Shown here one piece after another: positions 19,266 through 29,785 of a stretch of DNA of 64,000 bases. The stretch is from contig JAFTXP010000017.1 of NCBI GenBank assembly GCA_017461545.1, positions 1,008 to 65,007 on the forward strand, in the 5' to 3' direction. Both the position numbers and the translations under genes were made by a program. The notes under the pieces are model-generated. The model was not told the origin of the DNA, made no database searches, and saw only the letters and a list, made by a program, of their open reading frames with translations. This DNA comes from Clostridia bacterium. Lineage in GTDB: Bacteria > Bacillota > Clostridia > UBA1212. Numbering within the stretch: position 1 is the stretch's first letter; each line of letters opens with the position of its first letter.

Positions 19266-21518
19266 TTGACTGTCGATATATTCTTGTTGGAATCAAATAT
19301 TGATTTTGAGTTGAAGTATACTTACCGCGTTCCGGAAAATATTTCCGGGGAAATCGCCGTAGGTATGTTTGTTAATGTAAATTTCGGTGTACATAATTCG
19401 AAGCGAATCGGTATAGTCTGGTCGATAGACCGATCTGAAACTCCGGAAAATGCTCAAAAGAACGGATACAGATTAAAAAATATAAGCGGAATAAATTACG
19501 ATTATATGCCGCTGAGTGCCTCTCAGATGAGGCTTTGTGAAAAAATAAAGAAAAGATATCTATGTGTAACCGGAGATGCGGTTCGTTATTTTATGTCTCC
19601 AAAAATAAAGAATCCGAAAAAAGTAAAAACTGTCAGCTTAAATATTCCTCGCGCTCATGCCGAAGAAGTGTTAAGTACGAATACGCTTAGAAATATCGGT
19701 CAGATTAAGATAATCGAAACATTACTGAAAACAGGTGATATTTCTTGCTCTGATCTGATAAAGGATTATAATGTCAGCCAAAGCTCTTTAAATACTTTAT
19801 GTAAAAAAGGCTTCCTTAAGATTTATGAAAAAGAAGAAGCTAAAAAGTTTGAGGGTACGGCTTGTAAATATGAGTCCTATCCTGCACACACACTTAATGA
19901 CGAGCAGGAAAATGCCTTTTTACACATAAAAAAGCTGCTTGAAGCACATGCTTTTAAAGAACTTCTGTTGCATGGAGTTACCGCGAGCGGAAAAACCGAG
20001 GTTTATTTACAGTCTATTGCAGAAGTGATAAAAAACGGCGGAAAAGCCGTTATGCTTGTTCCTGAAATATCACTTACTCCGCAGATGGTAAAAAGGTTTT
20101 ACGGCCGGTTAGGTGATTGTGTGGCGGTTCTTCACAGCAGATTGACGGATAAGCAAAAGTATGAAGAATGGATGCGGATAAAGCGCGGAGAAGTTGCTGT
20201 GGTTATCGGAGCGCGTTCTGCCGTTTTTGCTCCGTTCAAAAAAATTGATCTGTTCATAATTGATGAGGAACAGGAGCCATCTTATAAGGCAGAAGATGAA
20301 TCTGTCAGATATCATGCTTCGGATATTGCGGTAATGCGAGCCGAAGAAAATAATTCCGTGGTTGTTTACGGTTCTGCGACACCGAGAATTTCTACATATT
20401 ACCGCGGCCGAACAGGCGAAATTGATTATGTAAAAATGGAAAAACGCGCAAGTCATAATGCGTTGCCTGATACAACTGTAATTGACATGAGAGAAAGTTC
20501 GGACAAGGCAGTCAGTGACGTTTTCAGTCCTCAATTGGTTAAGGAACTTGAGCAAAACTATATAAATAACGAGCAGTCTGTTCTTTTTGTTCAAAGAAGA
20601 GGGTTCTCAAAACAGCTGCTCTGCCGCGATTGCGGTAAAGTTATGAGGTGCGGAAAATGTAATATTGCTATGACATATCATTCGAAAGGCAACCGTCTTA
20701 TATGTCATTATTGCGGTAATACTGTAATTGCACCAAGTAACTGCCCGTCGTGCGGAACGGGCGGATTTGATACAAGGGGATTCGGAACGGAAAAAGTAGA
20801 AAAGGAATTACAAAGATTGTTCCCGGAATCCCGGACCGTAAGAATGGATACCGACACAACATCGGGACGAGATGCGCACGAAAAGCTGATTTCCGAATTT
20901 GTTGACCAAAATGCCGACTTCCTTGTAGGCACTCAGATGATTGCAAAAGGACATGATTTCCCGAATGTAACATTGGTCGGTATTGTATCCGCTGACAGTC
21001 TTATAAATATGCAGGAATATAATTCTTCAGAAAGAGCTTTTCAGCTGATAGCGCAGGTTGCAGGAAGGGCAGGGCGTGCAGAAAAGCCGGGCAGGGCATA
21101 TATTCAGGCGTATAATATTGATGATTATGCCGTTCAAAGTGCTGCGGAGCAGGACTATGAAAAGTTTTATAAAAATGAAATTATTTTGAGAGAGGTTTTG
21201 CATTATCCTCCTTTTTACAAAATGGCATTTATAAATTTCAGCAGCCTTGATGATCGTGCGGCATATGATTTCGGTATGGCGGTTTTCGATGCGGCAAAAG
21301 CTGTTTGTAATGAAAACAGTTTAGCTGATATAGAAATATTAAAGCCGGCGAGACAGCCTGCTCAGAAGGTGAATGGTTGGTATAAATGGCGTGTTGTGAT
21401 TAAATGTGAATCTTTCGAAAATATACTTAACCTTGCCGACAAATTAAGGTATAATATAAGCGCTCTAAAGAAAATGTCAAAAGCAGACATGAGGTCCAAT
21501 ATTGATATTATAAAATAA
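19266..21518 (+). CDS. priA: Primosomal protein N' (replication restart helicase PriA)
   Basis: TTG start. GVTASGKTEVY (Walker A), IIDEEQEPSYK (DExx), Cys-rich insertion CRDCGKVMRCGKCNIAMTYH...CHYCG...CPSCG, and GTQMIAKGHDFPNVTLV. Confidence 0.95.
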   Translation: MTVDIFLLESNIDFELKYTYRVPENISGEIAVGMFVNVNFGVHNSKRIGIVWSIDRSETPENAQKNGYRLKNISGINYDYMPLSASQMRLCEKIKKRYLCVTGDAVRYFMSPKIKNPKKVKTVSLNIPRAHAEEVLSTNTLRNIGQIKIIETLLKTGDISCSDLIKDYNVSQSSLNTLCKKGFLKIYEKEEAKKFEGTACKYESYPAHTLNDEQENAFLHIKKLLEAHAFKELLLHGVTASGKTEVYLQSIAEVIKNGGKAVMLVPEISLTPQMVKRFYGRLGDCVAVLHSRLTDKQKYEEWMRIKRGEVAVVIGARSAVFAPFKKIDLFIIDEEQEPSYKAEDESVRYHASDIAVMRAEENNSVVVYGSATPRISTYYRGRTGEIDYVKMEKRASHNALPDTTVIDMRESSDKAVSDVFSPQLVKELEQNYINNEQSVLFVQRRGFSKQLLCRDCGKVMRCGKCNIAMTYHSKGNRLICHYCGNTVIAPSNCPSCGTGGFDTRGFGTEKVEKELQRLFPESRTVRMDTDTTSGRDAHEKLISEFVDQNADFLVGTQMIAKGHDFPNVTLVGIVSADSLINMQEYNSSERAFQLIAQVAGRAGRAEKPGRAYIQAYNIDDYAVQSAAEQDYEKFYKNEIILREVLHYPPFYKMAFINFSSLDDRAAYDFGMAVFDAAKAVCNENSLADIEILKPARQPAQKVNGWYKWRVVIKCESFENILNLADKLRYNISALKKMSKADMRSNIDIIK

Positions 21519-21630
21519 ATGTAATCAGGCTTATTTCATAAGTCTTGCGTATTAAATGTAAATTATGCTTTGTCACAGGCGTTATTGTCTGATTCACAAG
21601 AATGTCCTTGCAAGCAAATGTTTTGATTTA

Positions 21631-21639
21631 TGGTATAAT
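21631..21639 (+). promoter_or_regulatory. Extended -10 element TGgTATAAT upstream of def
   Basis: tggtataat lies ~55 nt upstream of the def start. No good -35 is seen. Confidence 0.35.
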
Positions 21640-21694
21640 ATCAGAGTTCGAAATAACATTAATAGTATATTTTTTAGTATAAAGGAGTTTTTTT

Positions 21695-22156
21695 ATGGCA
21701 CTCAGAAATATAAAAACAGACGGGAATCCGGCGCTCAGAACAGTATGCAAAAATGTTCCTGAGGTTACAGACAGTTTAAGAAGACTCATCGACGATATGT
21801 TTGATACTATGTATGAGTCTGACGGCGTAGGTCTTGCAGCCCCGCAGATCGGTATTGTAAAAAGAATTGTAGTAATAGATGACGGAGATGGTGGAAAATT
21901 TGCCATGGTAAATCCGGTCATAACAGAGATGTCGGGAGAGCAGATTTCACAGGAGGGGTGTCTCAGTTTGCCGGGATTCGCAGGCAAAGTAAAACGTCCT
22001 CAGAAAGTGACCGTTACTGCGCTTGACCGTGATGGAAAAGAGTTTACAGTACACGCAGAGGGTTTCCTTGCGATTATTATGTGTCATGAGATAGACCATC
22101 TTGACGGAATTTTATATAAGGATAAGGCGTTTGAATATGGAGCAGCACAAAAATAA
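21695..22156 (+). CDS. def: Peptide deformylase
   Basis: GVGLAAPQIG, EGCLSLPG and HEIDHLDG motifs. Confidence 0.97.
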   Translation: MALRNIKTDGNPALRTVCKNVPEVTDSLRRLIDDMFDTMYESDGVGLAAPQIGIVKRIVVIDDGDGGKFAMVNPVITEMSGEQISQEGCLSLPGFAGKVKRPQKVTVTALDRDGKEFTVHAEGFLAIIMCHEIDHLDGILYKDKAFEYGAAQK

Positions 22157-23111
22157 AAACTTAAAAGTATTATTCATGGGGACACCCGATTTTGCTGTTC
22201 CTGTATTAAAGACTCTTGCATCTCATTATACTGTTGTGGCTGTTGTTACAAAAGTTGACAAGCCCAAAGGACGAGGAAATAAACTCACTCCGACGCCTGT
22301 AAAAGAGCTTGCAGAGGAGCTCGGTATTGATGTTCTTCAGCCTGAAAATGTCCGTACAGACGAGTTTTACGAGGAACTGTGCAAATATGGTGCAGATGTA
22401 TTTGTGACTGCAGCGTACGGTAAGATTCTTCCTGTCAGAGTGATTGATATTCCGAGATACGGATGTATAAATGTTCATGCCAGCCTTCTTCCTTACTACA
22501 GAGGCGCGGCTCCTATATGGAGAGTCATAATGAACGGAGAAAAAGAAACCGGTGTTACGACGATGTTTACCGATGCAGGGATGGATACAGGAGACATTCT
22601 TCTTGCCGAAAAGTGCGGAATTGACGAAAATATTACAGTAGGAGAGCTTTATGATAAGCTTTCCGTTATGGGCTCCGAACTTATAATAAAAACCATAGAC
22701 GGACTTCTTGAGGGAAGTGTGATTCGTACTCCTCAGGACCATGACAAAGCTACTTATGCGCCTATGGTTGAAAAAGAAGACGGAAATATAAATTGGACCG
22801 ATACGGCGAGAAACATTCATAATCTTGTCAGAGGCACAAACCCGTTTCCGACGGCCTTTTCTTATCTGGACGGCGAGCGTATAAAAATCTGGAAGACAAG
22901 CGTCATAGATAACGCAGACTGTAATAACTCTGATTTTTGTCCGGGTACGGTAATTGATGTCTCGAAAAACGGAATTGATGTTGCAGCAGGAGTCGGTGCG
23001 GTAAGAATTCTTGAACTTCAGGGAGTTTCCTCAAAAAGAATGGCTGTCAGGGATTATCTTAACGGACATAAAATTGATTGCGGAAAACTATTCAGAAATT
23101 GCATTGATTGA
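22137..23111 (+). CDS. fmt: Methionyl-tRNA formyltransferase
   Basis: LKVLFMGTPDFAVPVL, INVHASLLPYYRGAAPI. Start taken at the ATG at 22137; the ORF-track start at 22101 overlaps def further. Confidence 0.93.
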   Translation: MEQHKNKNLKVLFMGTPDFAVPVLKTLASHYTVVAVVTKVDKPKGRGNKLTPTPVKELAEELGIDVLQPENVRTDEFYEELCKYGADVFVTAAYGKILPVRVIDIPRYGCINVHASLLPYYRGAAPIWRVIMNGEKETGVTTMFTDAGMDTGDILLAEKCGIDENITVGELYDKLSVMGSELIIKTIDGLLEGSVIRTPQDHDKATYAPMVEKEDGNINWTDTARNIHNLVRGTNPFPTAFSYLDGERIKIWKTSVIDNADCNNSDFCPGTVIDVSKNGIDVAAGVGAVRILELQGVSSKRMAVRDYLNGHKIDCGKLFRNCID

Positions 23112-23123
23112 TAGGATTATGAT

Positions 23124-24155
23124 ATGAAATTAAACTTACTTGATTTAAACCCGACAGAGCTGAAAGAATATATTACGGGACTTGGTTTTCCGGGATTTCG
23201 TGCAAAGCAGGTTCACGAGTGGCTTATGCGAGGTGTAGAGTCATTTGATGAGATGACAAATATTCCTGCCGCGATGCGTAGCATACTTGATGAGAGTGCA
23301 ACTACGGGACTTCTGAAAATAAGACAAAAGTTACAGTCTCAGATAGATGAAACATGTAAATATCTTTTTTGCCTGAATGACGGATATATAATCGAAAGTG
23401 TTCTGATGAAATATAAATACGGTTATTCCATCTGCATTTCATCGCAGGCAGGTTGCCGCATGGGCTGCAAATTCTGCGCATCTTCAGATATCCCTTTTTC
23501 AAGAGATCTGACCGCAGGTGAAATGTTGTCTCAGATACTTACGGTAAACCGTGACAAAAATATAAAAATCGGTCATATCGTAATAATGGGTATAGGAGAA
23601 CCTCTTGACAATTATGAAAATGTTATGAAGTTTCTCAGAAATGTTCAGGACCCTGCCGGTGTAAATATAAGTTACAGAAAAATTTCTTTATCTACATGCG
23701 GCGTTGTCCCAGGTATTTACAGACTTGCCGAAGAGGATATTCCGATTACGTTATCTATATCGTTACATAATCCTTTTGACGAGCAAAGAACGCTTATAAT
23801 GCCTATAAATAGGAAATATAACCTTGACAAATTGATTGAAGCGTGCAATAGTTATATAGTTAAATCGGGGCGTAGAATTACCTTTGAATATGCTATGATT
23901 TCAGGGGTAAATGACTCTCCTGAACATGCCGAAAAACTGTGTAGCAGACTTAAAGGAATGCTTTGCCATGTAAATCTTATTCCTATGAATAGGGTTTCCG
24001 GAAAAAGCTTCGAAAGAAGTCATCGTAAGAGTATCGAACAGTTTTCTGACATATTAAGCCGTAATGGCATTTCAGTGACAGTCAGACGCGAATTAGGCCG
24101 GGATATAAATGCTGCATGCGGACAGCTTCGCAAGCAGCAGATGGATTCTGATTGA
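23124..24155 (+). CDS. rlmN: 23S rRNA/tRNA m2A methyltransferase RlmN (radical SAM)
   Basis: FRAKQVHEWL, CISSQAGCRMGCKFCAS cluster motif, and MGIGEPLDNY. Confidence 0.95.
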   Translation: MKLNLLDLNPTELKEYITGLGFPGFRAKQVHEWLMRGVESFDEMTNIPAAMRSILDESATTGLLKIRQKLQSQIDETCKYLFCLNDGYIIESVLMKYKYGYSICISSQAGCRMGCKFCASSDIPFSRDLTAGEMLSQILTVNRDKNIKIGHIVIMGIGEPLDNYENVMKFLRNVQDPAGVNISYRKISLSTCGVVPGIYRLAEEDIPITLSISLHNPFDEQRTLIMPINRKYNLDKLIEACNSYIVKSGRRITFEYAMISGVNDSPEHAEKLCSRLKGMLCHVNLIPMNRVSGKSFERSHRKSIEQFSDILSRNGISVTVRRELGRDINAACGQLRKQQMDSD

Positions 24156-24185
24156 GTTATAGTATTAGGGTGCGGTGATTAATCA

Positions 24186-24938
24186 GTGATATTTTTTCAT
24201 TTCGAAAGTGATATCGGAAAAAAACGAACACTGAACGAGGACAGCTACGGGTATTGTGTATCTGCTGACGGTTCGGTTCGGTTTTTTATTGTCGCTGACG
24301 GTATGGGCGGCCATAATGCCGGGGAGATTGCAAGTAAAATGGCTGTTGATACATTTGTAGAAGCTGCTTCCGCTTTTGATGCAACACATATCAGATCTTC
24401 CAGTATGCCGGACAGATTGAGTAAATTTATAAAAGATACTGTTTTTAAAATTGACAGAAAGATTATAAAGAAATCCCGTGGAGGAGACAATTGCTTTGGC
24501 ATGGGTACTACCGCTGTTATTTGTGCAGTTTTCGGAAGAACCGTTGTTATAGGTAATGTTGGAGATAGCAGAGCCTATATCGCCAACAAATACACAGGGA
24601 TAAAGCAGATTACAGTAGATCATTCTTATGTTGAAGAATTGAAAAAAAGCGGTTATCTTACTCAGGAAGAGGTTGATAACCACCCTAAAAAGAATGCTAT
24701 CACGAGGGCTCTCGGTTTTCTTGAAGAAGAGGGTGCTGATGTATTTATAAAGGAACTGTCTCGCGGCGAGAGAATAATTCTCTGCACAGACGGTTTGACA
24801 TCCATGGTTTCAGATGAAAAGATATCAGAGATAGTAAACGGTAATTTATTTTTGACTCTTGCATGTAAGAAACTTGTTAAGTGTGCAAATGAAAACGGTG
24901 GCACAGATAATATTACTGTTGCTGTCATACAACCGTAA
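24186..24938 (+). CDS. stp: PP2C-family Ser/Thr protein phosphatase (Stp/PrpC)
   Basis: GTG start. SDIGKKRTLNEDS, VADGMGGHNAGE and GGTDNITV motifs. Precedes the kinase as in the stp-prkC pair. Confidence 0.93.
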   Translation: MIFFHFESDIGKKRTLNEDSYGYCVSADGSVRFFIVADGMGGHNAGEIASKMAVDTFVEAASAFDATHIRSSSMPDRLSKFIKDTVFKIDRKIIKKSRGGDNCFGMGTTAVICAVFGRTVVIGNVGDSRAYIANKYTGIKQITVDHSYVEELKKSGYLTQEEVDNHPKKNAITRALGFLEEEGADVFIKELSRGERIILCTDGLTSMVSDEKISEIVNGNLFLTLACKKLVKCANENGGTDNITVAVIQP

Positions 24939-24963
24939 AATTTAACGGAGGGATTGCTGATAT

Positions 24964-27462
24964 ATGGAAAGTATCGCTGCCGGAACAATATTAAACCAAA
25001 GATTTGAAATAATAGAATGTGTCGGTATCGGAGGTATGTCCGAGGTATATAAAGCTTTGGATATCGAAAACGGCGATTATTATGCATTGAAGGTTTTAAA
25101 ACCTGAATACTCGACAGAAGCTGAATTTATAAAACGTTTTAAAAATGAAGCTGAGGCTGCTTCGAAGCTTGATCATGCCAATATTGTTTCTATATACGGT
25201 ATAGGTCAGGACGGAAATATTCATTACATAATAATGGAATATGTAGAGGGAGTTACCTTAAAAGACTATATTGAGGCATATCAGTCTATTTCATGGCAGG
25301 ATGCCCTGAAAATTTCTGCGCAGATTCTTTTGGCGATGGATCATGCTCATTCTAAACATATTATTCACAGAGATATAAAACCTCATAACGTTATGATGGG
25401 TAAGGACGGATCAGTAAAGTTAGCTGATTTCGGTATTGCCAGAGCCGCAACCGGTTCGACCATAACGGCAAGTGATGACGCAGGTTCTGTTCACTATCTT
25501 TCTCCCGAACAGGCACGAGGCGGATATGTTGACGAAAGATCTGATATTTATTCTTTAGGTATTTCTCTGTTTGAAATGCTTATCGGAGTAGTTCCGTTTG
25601 ACGGAGATTCCAATGTATCTGTAGCGCTAAAACATATAGACGGAAAGATAGTGCCGCCTCACGAGATTGATATTGATATTCCGGTTGGTGTAAGCGATCT
25701 TGTTGTTATTGCTACACGAAAAGATCCCGGGATGAGGTTTCAGTCTGCCAGAGATATGATCTCAAAAATAAGAAAAGTGATAGAAAATCCCAATGAAAGT
25801 CTTATAGAAAGCTATATAGATGATCCGGAAGCAGTTGTTGCCGAAGTTCTTTCCGAGTCTAGTGCAGTAATAAAGAATAAAGAGAATCTAAACAAGGATA
25901 TATCAACATCTCATCTTTCTGAAGAAGAAAATCATGAAGCCGATATGTTTGATGATTCTTTTGATGAAGACGAAGAAGATGAAAAAAACGGAGAGAATGA
26001 TGATTCGGAAAGAAAATCTGTGCGTGTCAGAAGAGCTATTGCTCTGGTTTTGACATATATTGCCGCTTCTCTGTGTACGGTTCTTGTAATATTGTGGGTT
26101 ATATCCTGTTATAATAAATCAACTTCATCACTGAATAACATGTTTGATCAGAAGCCATATATCATGATGGATTTTACAGGTCATGATTACGATTTGGTTG
26201 TTGCGACTCTGCAAGAAAAAGGAATAATCCCGGTCGAAAAAACCGAATATACAGATGAGCTGCCTCCGGGAGTTGTAATATCTCAGAGTGTTGATTCAGG
26301 CGCAGAGGTTTTTTCAGGGAAAGAGATAACATTTACCGTGTCATGTCCGACAGATTCTTTTGAACTCACTTCTGAGCTTATAAATCAAACAAAATCATTT
26401 GAAGAAGTTCAGCAAAAATTGATAGAAAACGGTGCAGTTGTAGAGTCTTATAACGTATTGAGCACAACGGTACAGCCCGGGTGTGTTGTCAGAACAGAAC
26501 CGGATATTGGCTCATATATAAAGAAAGGTCAGACTGTTTATTTGTATGTATGTGCCGAAAAAATGAATAATCAGATTGTCGTTCCTGATTTTACCGGACT
26601 GTCTACAAGTGAAGTTTATGAAAAAGCAGGGGCTGCAGGTATTGAAAATATTACTATACATATTAAAGAAGGTGCAGATGTTACAGATATAGTTGAGAAG
26701 ATAAAAGATGCTAAAGAAGCTCTTAATCCTCCGTCTGCTACACCCACATTAAGTCCGTCATCTGATCCGGCAGTTGTGCCGACTTCAGATCCTGATATAG
26801 GTGATGATTCTTATGCTGACCCGTCGGAATCAGCGTCTTTGGAAACTGCTCCTACGGAGAATGATCTTTTGGAAACTGCGCCTTCGGAAAGTGTATCCTC
26901 GGAAACACCTTCTTCAGAGGAAGAAACGGCAGAGTCTTTTATTCCCGGAGATAATTCAGCGGTACAAGAGACTGAAAGTAATTCTTTGTCATCAAATGAT
27001 GTACCGTATGACGCTGCATTGCTTACCGAGTCAGCAACAGATGAAATAATAGAGCCGGTAAAAGCTTCCGATACCGTTGTAAGCCAATTTCCTCCGGCGA
27101 ATACGTATATATACGAAGGGGAGTCTATTGACTTGTATTTTTATGATATGAACGAATTAATATATCTTGAAAATATTGATATCGATTCGCACGGTGTGCT
27201 CACAGCGGAGATCCGAGAGTCAAAAACAGTTGAGCTGAAATATCCTACAGATATAGTAAATTCGGGAAATGTTGACTATATATATATAAAGTATACTCTT
27301 GAGACAGGCGTTGAAATTGAAGAAGAATTAATTAATCAGAGTTACAGCGATTTCCCTAAAAAGATCAATGTGCCTTTTGCATACGGTTCGAGTGTGACAA
27401 TGATTGATGTCTATATACTGAACAAGAATGATCTTTATAAGAGAATATATGTATATGATTAA
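24964..27462 (+). CDS. prkC: PASTA-domain Ser/Thr protein kinase (PrkC/PknB-like)
   Basis: Kinase motifs GIGGMSEVYKA, HRDIKPHN, DFGIAR and SPEQ. TM at ~aa 355-380. Two to three PASTA-like units, then an S/P/E-rich linker and a C-terminal domain. Confidence 0.93.
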   Translation: MESIAAGTILNQRFEIIECVGIGGMSEVYKALDIENGDYYALKVLKPEYSTEAEFIKRFKNEAEAASKLDHANIVSIYGIGQDGNIHYIIMEYVEGVTLKDYIEAYQSISWQDALKISAQILLAMDHAHSKHIIHRDIKPHNVMMGKDGSVKLADFGIARAATGSTITASDDAGSVHYLSPEQARGGYVDERSDIYSLGISLFEMLIGVVPFDGDSNVSVALKHIDGKIVPPHEIDIDIPVGVSDLVVIATRKDPGMRFQSARDMISKIRKVIENPNESLIESYIDDPEAVVAEVLSESSAVIKNKENLNKDISTSHLSEEENHEADMFDDSFDEDEEDEKNGENDDSERKSVRVRRAIALVLTYIAASLCTVLVILWVISCYNKSTSSLNNMFDQKPYIMMDFTGHDYDLVVATLQEKGIIPVEKTEYTDELPPGVVISQSVDSGAEVFSGKEITFTVSCPTDSFELTSELINQTKSFEEVQQKLIENGAVVESYNVLSTTVQPGCVVRTEPDIGSYIKKGQTVYLYVCAEKMNNQIVVPDFTGLSTSEVYEKAGAAGIENITIHIKEGADVTDIVEKIKDAKEALNPPSATPTLSPSSDPAVVPTSDPDIGDDSYADPSESASLETAPTENDLLETAPSESVSSETPSSEEETAESFIPGDNSAVQETESNSLSSNDVPYDAALLTESATDEIIEPVKASDTVVSQFPPANTYIYEGESIDLYFYDMNELIYLENIDIDSHGVLTAEIRESKTVELKYPTDIVNSGNVDYIYIKYTLETGVEIEEELINQSYSDFPKKINVPFAYGSSVTMIDVYILNKNDLYKRIYVYD

Positions 27463-28345
27463 TGGCGTTATCATAAAAGGAATAGGCGGATTGTACAGTG
27501 TAAAGACTGCTGAGGGTATATATTCATGCAATGCGCGAGGTATTTTCAGGAAAGATTCTTTTAAACCTATGATAGGTGATTTTGTTAAATTGGGTGAACT
27601 TAATCGCAGCGAAATGTCTGCTGTGATTGATGAAATTCTGCCGAGAAAGAATTCGCTTATAAGACCTGCTGTTTCAAATGTTGACAGAATAGTTCTTGTG
27701 ATTGCATCCACTGCACCTGCTCCGGATTTGTTACTTGTTGATAAGTTGCTTGTATCGGCAAATATAAAAGAAATACCTGTCGTTTTAGTTGTAAATAAAT
27801 CAGATCAGGATAATGCGGTTGCAGAAAATATATATCGTGTATATTCAAAATGTGTAGAAAAATGTATAATGACTTCTGCAATAGAAAAAAAAGGTATTGA
27901 TTCACTGTTTGAGTGTATCGGCAGCGGTATATCTGTGTTGGTCGGTCAGTCAGGTGCCGGCAAAACAACTTTGTCCGGAATTATTTTAGGTGATTCGGAG
28001 CTTAAAACAGGAACATTAAGTAAAAAAACAGAAAGAGGAAAGCATACAACACGTCATTCTGAAATATTTCCGATCCCCGGATATGATGATGCATATATCA
28101 TCGATTCGCCCGGGTTTAGTTTATTTGATTTAACAGATACTGAGTCAGGCGAATTGCATTGTTTTTATCCTGAATTTTCAAATTGCAGCGATTTATGTCG
28201 TTTTATAGATTGCAGCCATACCGGTGAACCCGGCTGTGTCGTTGACGGTCTTTTGTCATCGGGAAAGTTTGATAAAGACAGATACGCGAGATATGTTTTT
28301 CTGTATAAAGAATTAAAAGAAAAAGAAAAGAATAAGTACAAATAG
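27455..28345 (+). CDS. rsgA: Ribosome small-subunit-dependent GTPase A
   Basis: GVIIKGIGGLYSV (OB), circularly permuted GTPase NKSD...GQSGAGKTTL, and zinc knuckle CRFIDCSHTGEPGC. Confidence 0.93.
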   Translation: MINGVIIKGIGGLYSVKTAEGIYSCNARGIFRKDSFKPMIGDFVKLGELNRSEMSAVIDEILPRKNSLIRPAVSNVDRIVLVIASTAPAPDLLLVDKLLVSANIKEIPVVLVVNKSDQDNAVAENIYRVYSKCVEKCIMTSAIEKKGIDSLFECIGSGISVLVGQSGAGKTTLSGIILGDSELKTGTLSKKTERGKHTTRHSEIFPIPGYDDAYIIDSPGFSLFDLTDTESGELHCFYPEFSNCSDLCRFIDCSHTGEPGCVVDGLLSSGKFDKDRYARYVFLYKELKEKEKNKYK

Positions 28346-28360
28346 TTTTAGAGGTGTATT

Positions 28361-29008
28361 GTGAATAAAGTTGCTCCTTCGATTTTATCAGCAGATTTTT
28401 CTGTATTAGAGCAGGAAATAAAAAAAGTTGCCGATGCCGGCGCTGATTTAATACATATAGATGTTATGGATGGTCATTTTGTTCCGAACTTAACATTCGG
28501 AGCTCCGATTGTAAAATGCATCAGAAAAGTAACTGATTTGCCGTTTGATGTTCACCTTATGATAGAGAATCCGGAGAGATATCTGGAAGATTTTAAAAAT
28601 GCCGGTGCTGATATAATCACTGTTCATGCAGAAGCGTGCATTCATTTGAATGTTGTCATTCAAAAAATAAAATCTATGGGAGTAAAAGCCGGTGTTGCGA
28701 TCAATCCTGCCACTCCCTTGTGTGCTATAGAAAATGTATTAAACGATGTGGATATGGTATTACTTATGAGTGTCAATCCCGGATTCGGAGGGCAGTCATA
28801 TATAAATTCGGTTACGGATAAAATCCGTGAGCTGCGAAAAATTTGTGACGAAAAGGGCATAGAAATCGATATCGAAGTTGACGGAGGAATTGATAAAATT
28901 ACCGCATCCCGTGCTTCTGAGGCCGGCGCAAATATACTTGTGGCGGGTTCTGCGATATACGGAGCGGAAAATATATCCGAAATGATTTCTGTTATAAAGA
29001 ATGCCTGA
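28361..29008 (+). CDS. rpe: Ribulose-phosphate 3-epimerase
   Basis: GTG start. APSILSADF, HIDVMDGHFVPN, MSVNPGFGGQ and VDGGI. Confidence 0.96.
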   Translation: MNKVAPSILSADFSVLEQEIKKVADAGADLIHIDVMDGHFVPNLTFGAPIVKCIRKVTDLPFDVHLMIENPERYLEDFKNAGADIITVHAEACIHLNVVIQKIKSMGVKAGVAINPATPLCAIENVLNDVDMVLLMSVNPGFGGQSYINSVTDKIRELRKICDEKGIEIDIEVDGGIDKITASRASEAGANILVAGSAIYGAENISEMISVIKNA

Positions 29009-29043
29009 AAAATGAATAATGTCTGCGGAGGATTCGGGAGGAA

Positions 29044-29760
29044 ATGAAGCGTTTACATAAATATAAAATTGCAGATTTGACTGTAGATGTCAGACATAAT
29101 TCTTCAGTATTGCTTCGGAACGGTATGAAATATGCAGACGATTCATCGGATAAGGCGGATATCACAATTGAAGTAAGCGAAGATAGAATATTAAAGGCGC
29201 TCGAATACAATAAATCATTTGACAGGGATTATGCAGAGTATTTTGTATCGGGAATGGACTTTTATCGAAAACTGATTCCTCATTACGGATTTATGCTTCA
29301 TTCATCCTGTGTAGCAGTGGATGGAAAAGGTTATTTATTTACTGCTGACAGCGGAGTCGGAAAGTCTACCCATACATCTCTTTGGAGGGAATATTTGGGG
29401 GACAGGGCAGTTATGATAAATGATGACAAGCCTGCCATCAGATATATTGACAATAAGTTTATGGTATACGGAACTCCGTGGAGCGGAAAATCTGATGAGA
29501 GCAGTAACGAAAGTGCTGTTGTATCCGCTTTGGTTTTTCTGGAACGCGGCTCTTGTTTTGAGATAGAGGCAATTCCATGCGACAGAGCAGTTGAGAGAAT
29601 TATACCGCAGATGTTGCGTTACATCCGTCCTGAAAATGCCGCAATTCAATTTGATTTACTTGACAGGTTTTTAAAAACAGTTCCGTCATATGTGATGAAA
29701 TGTACGCAGGATATTGAAAGTGCAAAGTCTGCATGGGAGTTTTTAAGTAAAAACTTTTGA
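29044..29760 (+). CDS. HPr-kinase-C-terminal-like P-loop protein (HprK-related putative peptide/protein kinase)
   Basis: 238 aa. HSSCVAVDGKGYLFTADSGVGKSTHT is the HprK-type P-loop context. Starts 35 nt after rpe. Confidence 0.65.
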   Translation: MKRLHKYKIADLTVDVRHNSSVLLRNGMKYADDSSDKADITIEVSEDRILKALEYNKSFDRDYAEYFVSGMDFYRKLIPHYGFMLHSSCVAVDGKGYLFTADSGVGKSTHTSLWREYLGDRAVMINDDKPAIRYIDNKFMVYGTPWSGKSDESSNESAVVSALVFLERGSCFEIEAIPCDRAVERIIPQMLRYIRPENAAIQFDLLDRFLKTVPSYVMKCTQDIESAKSAWEFLSKNF

Positions 29761-29785
29761 TATGGTTTGAAGGGACGTTTTTTAT

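Noticed and set aside
22206-22820. 204-aa minus-strand ORF inside fmt
   Set aside because: It is antisense to a gene with clear formyltransferase motifs. No SD and no recognisable domain.
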